The notes beneath the pieces were generated by a model, which searched no databases, had not been told where the DNA came from, and saw only the letters and a list, made by a program, of their open reading frames with translations. A DNA stretch of 47,491 nt from an uncultured Cellvibrionales bacterium (GTDB taxonomy: Bacteria; Pseudomonadota; Gammaproteobacteria; Pseudomonadales; Cellvibrionaceae): positions 1-47,491 of the forward strand of contig CAJWCA010000001.1 of assembly GCA_913020395.1 (NCBI GenBank). Reading direction: 5' to 3'. The translations under genes were made by a program, and so were the position numbers. Below are positions 44,386 to 47,491 of this stretch, in pieces. The first letter of the stretch is position 1; each line of letters starts with the position of its first letter.

Positions 44386-44693
44386 TAAATTCCAAGTTAT
44401 CCTTATTTCAATGCCTTAGCGCACTTGCCTCGATGAATCCTTAAGAAAGGGTACACATGGGGGTACACCGTCATGTATTTGATGCGTAAGCCGTCGGGTA
44501 TTTATTACCTGCGTAAAGTTTATCTATGTCCTATCACTAAGCGTCTTCAGCTCCAAACTAGTGAGTGAGGGCCACTCGCGCCTGTTTTTATTTTATCTCA
44601 GTACTCAACATTTATTCATGAGGCTTTTACCCCATTAAGCGCTATTGTAGCGCTTATGTTGGTGCTGCATGCCTGCTCAAAAAAGGATCACTC

Positions 44694-45092
44694 ATGAGAG
44701 AAAGACGAGACTACGACGATATCCCCGGGACCTATGTGTTTGACGGCGAGCATTCACTCAAGGGCTATCATTTGAACATGTTTTGCATGTCTTTGAACAA
44801 GGCTGGCAACAGAGAGGCCTTCCGCGCTGATGAGGCAGTCTATCTACAGGCTTTTCCAATGAGTGAAGCACAGCGTCAGGCGGTGTTGAACAGAGATTGG
44901 TTGGGTATGTTGCGGCTGGGAGGCAACATTTACTACACCTTTAAAGTCGCAATTTTCAGTGGCCTGAATATGCAGCAAGCGGGTGCGGCCATGTCTGGCA
45001 ATGGCATGAGTTTCGAAGAGTTTCAACAGATGATGTTGGATGGCGGTCGCCCGATTCAAGGCAATCGCAGTAAAGCAGACGAGAACAAGTAA
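44694..45092 (+). CDS. ligA: Protocatechuate 4,5-dioxygenase alpha subunit
   Basis: DDIPGTYVFDG...KGYHLNMFCMSL.KAGNREAFRADE..YL......EAQRQAVL.RDW..ML..GGNIYY...EEFQQMMLDGGR matches the LigA pattern. Confidence 0.9.
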   Translation: MRERRDYDDIPGTYVFDGEHSLKGYHLNMFCMSLNKAGNREAFRADEAVYLQAFPMSEAQRQAVLNRDWLGMLRLGGNIYYTFKVAIFSGLNMQQAGAAMSGNGMSFEEFQQMMLDGGRPIQGNRSKADENK

Positions 45093-45950
<858 letters not shown>

Positions 45951-46025
45951 AGCTTTTGCAATAGATTTTGCGTTGCTTAAACACGATGTCAAGCAGCGCG
46001 AGCCTCTCTCCATCTGCACAAAAAA

Positions 46026-47282
46026 TCACTTTTGAATCGATGCTTCTCCAGTCAAGTCATTCGCGACCTGGCGCAGGCTTGCCAAAAACAATTGGGCCGC
46101 GGGTGATGGCTGGGTTTGCGCCCGCATCGTAACGCCGATGGGGCGGTAAGTATTTTTCAGAGTGATTGGTAAGGCGTTTAATAAACCGTATTTCTTATCG
46201 TAGTAAATTTGATGTTCAGACAGTAGGGCAACCCTATCGCTTTCAAGCAGCAAGCCTCGAACGGTTGATAGTGAGCTCGTTTCTACAGTGTGTGCCGGGG
46301 TGTTGAGATTGTGTGCCTTCATTACTTCGTCAAAGAGCAGGCGTGTCGGCGCGTTGCGAGTGGGCAATACCCAGCCGAAGTCCTGAAGGTCTGCCAGAGT
46401 TAGGTTTTTTCGCCCCTCCAAAGGATGGCCCTTGCGCACTATCACTGACAGCTGATCTTCAAAAAGCTTTTCTGTAATCAGATTTTTACCATTCTCGAGC
46501 GGTCGAATGGCGCCTACAATAAAGTCTAGGTCACCACTGCGCAGAGAGGCTTCTAACAACGCGTAGGGACCTTCGGTGGTTGCGATATCGAGTTGTGGGT
46601 GTTGATCCAGTAAATGGTTAACGGCTCGAGGCGTTAAAATGGTGCGGGTATAAGGCAGTGAGCCCACAGATACACTACCTCGCGTCACGCCATTGAGACT
46701 GGCGAGATCCTCGATTGCGTGGCGAATTTCTGAAAATGCGAGCTTAGCTTGGCGCACCAGGACGACACAAAAAGCCGTGCAGGCGACACCGTTAGGTTTT
46801 CGTTCAAAAAGCGGCAACTCTAAGAGTTCTTCAAATTGGCGCACGGAGTTGTAGACTGCTGCCCGTGTGATGTTCAGTTGCTTGGCAGTCGCCGCGAAAT
46901 CTTTAGTGTCGTGCAGGGTGATGAACGAGGCCAAGCGTTTGTAGCTGATGTCCATCGAAAAAATTGGGATATTTTGATAGGCCTTGCTGTCTTTTTTGTA
47001 TTCCAGGTAGGCTTCGCCGGCTGCGATAAACTCAGCTTCTGCTTGCCGAACCCGATTCGCCAAGGCCTCTCCGTAAACTGTCGGCAACATGCCCGTGGAC
47101 GAGCGATCAAATAGCTTGACCCCTAAATCGCTCTCAAGATCGCTAATAGCTTTGGTGATCGCTGTTTGTGAGCGGTTGAGCTTTTTGGCAGCACGAGTCA
47201 GGTTTTTAAATTCCGCGACATAGACCATGGCTTTGAGATGGCGCAGGCTAAGCTCAGGTATCGCGTTGTCGGCTGTATTCAC
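46026..47282 (-). CDS. LysR-family regulator with two tandem N-terminal LysR-type HTH domains and one effector-binding domain
   Basis: HTH-1 is LRHLKAMVYVAEFKNLTRAAKKLNRSQTAITKAISDLESDLGVKLFDRSSTGMLPTVYG. HTH-2 is YKRLASFITLHDTKDFAATAKQLNITRAAVYNSVRQFEELLELPLFERKPNGVACTAF. A LysR_substrate-like domain follows (SVGSLPYT...DLDFIVGA...). The protein is 418 aa, against about 300 for typical members. Confidence 0.85.
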   Translation of the reverse strand: MNTADNAIPELSLRHLKAMVYVAEFKNLTRAAKKLNRSQTAITKAISDLESDLGVKLFDRSSTGMLPTVYGEALANRVRQAEAEFIAAGEAYLEYKKDSKAYQNIPIFSMDISYKRLASFITLHDTKDFAATAKQLNITRAAVYNSVRQFEELLELPLFERKPNGVACTAFCVVLVRQAKLAFSEIRHAIEDLASLNGVTRGSVSVGSLPYTRTILTPRAVNHLLDQHPQLDIATTEGPYALLEASLRSGDLDFIVGAIRPLENGKNLITEKLFEDQLSVIVRKGHPLEGRKNLTLADLQDFGWVLPTRNAPTRLLFDEVMKAHNLNTPAHTVETSSLSTVRGLLLESDRVALLSEHQIYYDKKYGLLNALPITLKNTYRPIGVTMRAQTQPSPAAQLFLASLRQVANDLTGEASIQK

Positions 47283-47491
47283 GATAAGTGGGTATCCATT
47301 AAAGCATGGCTCTCTACGTTATAGGCAATCATTTAGAATATCAAATGAATGATTCTCGCTAAAGACGAATATTTAACTTATTGATAAATATAGTTATTTA
47401 TTGGTTTATTGTCTTGGCTTATCTTTTTAGAATTGTCGGGGTATGGTTTGGAAAACTTTTCTCATGACTCGGGTGCTAGTGCTACGCTGAT

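Noticed and set aside
44065-44395. Two minus-strand ORFs (95 aa and 63 aa) in the gap between the PTPS-like gene and ligA
   Set aside because: They overlap the SRP RNA gene (ffs), whose sequence similarity to 4.5S RNA explains the region. Neither has a coding-like composition or a Shine-Dalgarno.

Overview
This 47.5-kb window is a densely coding chromosomal segment from a Gram-negative bacterium. It looks gammaproteobacterial, inferred from a 4.5S-type SRP RNA, two TonB-dependent receptors, GltS and overall gene content. I support about 38 CDS, one ncRNA (ffs), one clear bidirectional terminator and several candidate cis-regulatory repeats. I found no rRNA, tRNA, CRISPR array or intact IS/transposon.

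Left to right:
- a partial acetolactate-synthase-family gene, a MocR regulator, a CcoG-like ferredoxin and a CysI-type sulfite reductase
- Module A (6.4-18.4 kb): a tryptophan-tryptophylquinone (TTQ) amine dehydrogenase operon, mauB-E-D-A plus two monohaem cytochromes c. It lies back-to-back, across a TetR gene, with an operon encoding a TonB-dependent receptor, two acyl-CoA synthetases and an aldehyde dehydrogenase. Both operons are preceded by the same 24-bp TTGACA-containing element.
- a ribBX-type riboflavin gene
- Module B (20.2-39.9 kb): gltS, a lipoprotein, an ATP-grasp ligase, a C-N hydrolase, a C45 Ntn-hydrolase, a 954-aa Orn/Lys/Arg-type decarboxylase, an OmpR-family response regulator, gamma-glutamyltranspeptidase 1 (GGT1), a second TonB receptor, an orphan binding protein, a hybrid histidine kinase and GGT2. 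Five of its intergenic regions carry TGTTAAC-type repeats phased at 11 bp. I read these as the operator of the locus-encoded response regulator.
- an MCP, an HExxH lipoprotein, a methyltransferase, a PTPS/QueD-like gene, ffs and a roughly 31-codon integrase-like N-terminal remnant
- ligAB (protocatechuate 4,5-dioxygenase) and a LysR regulator with two tandem HTH domains

The best candidates for undescribed biology are Module B, a gamma-glutamyl/amide-bond locus with its own predicted regulon, and Module A, a TetR-controlled outer-membrane-to-CoA amine catabolic unit. All functional calls come from reading motifs in the translations. No database search was run.
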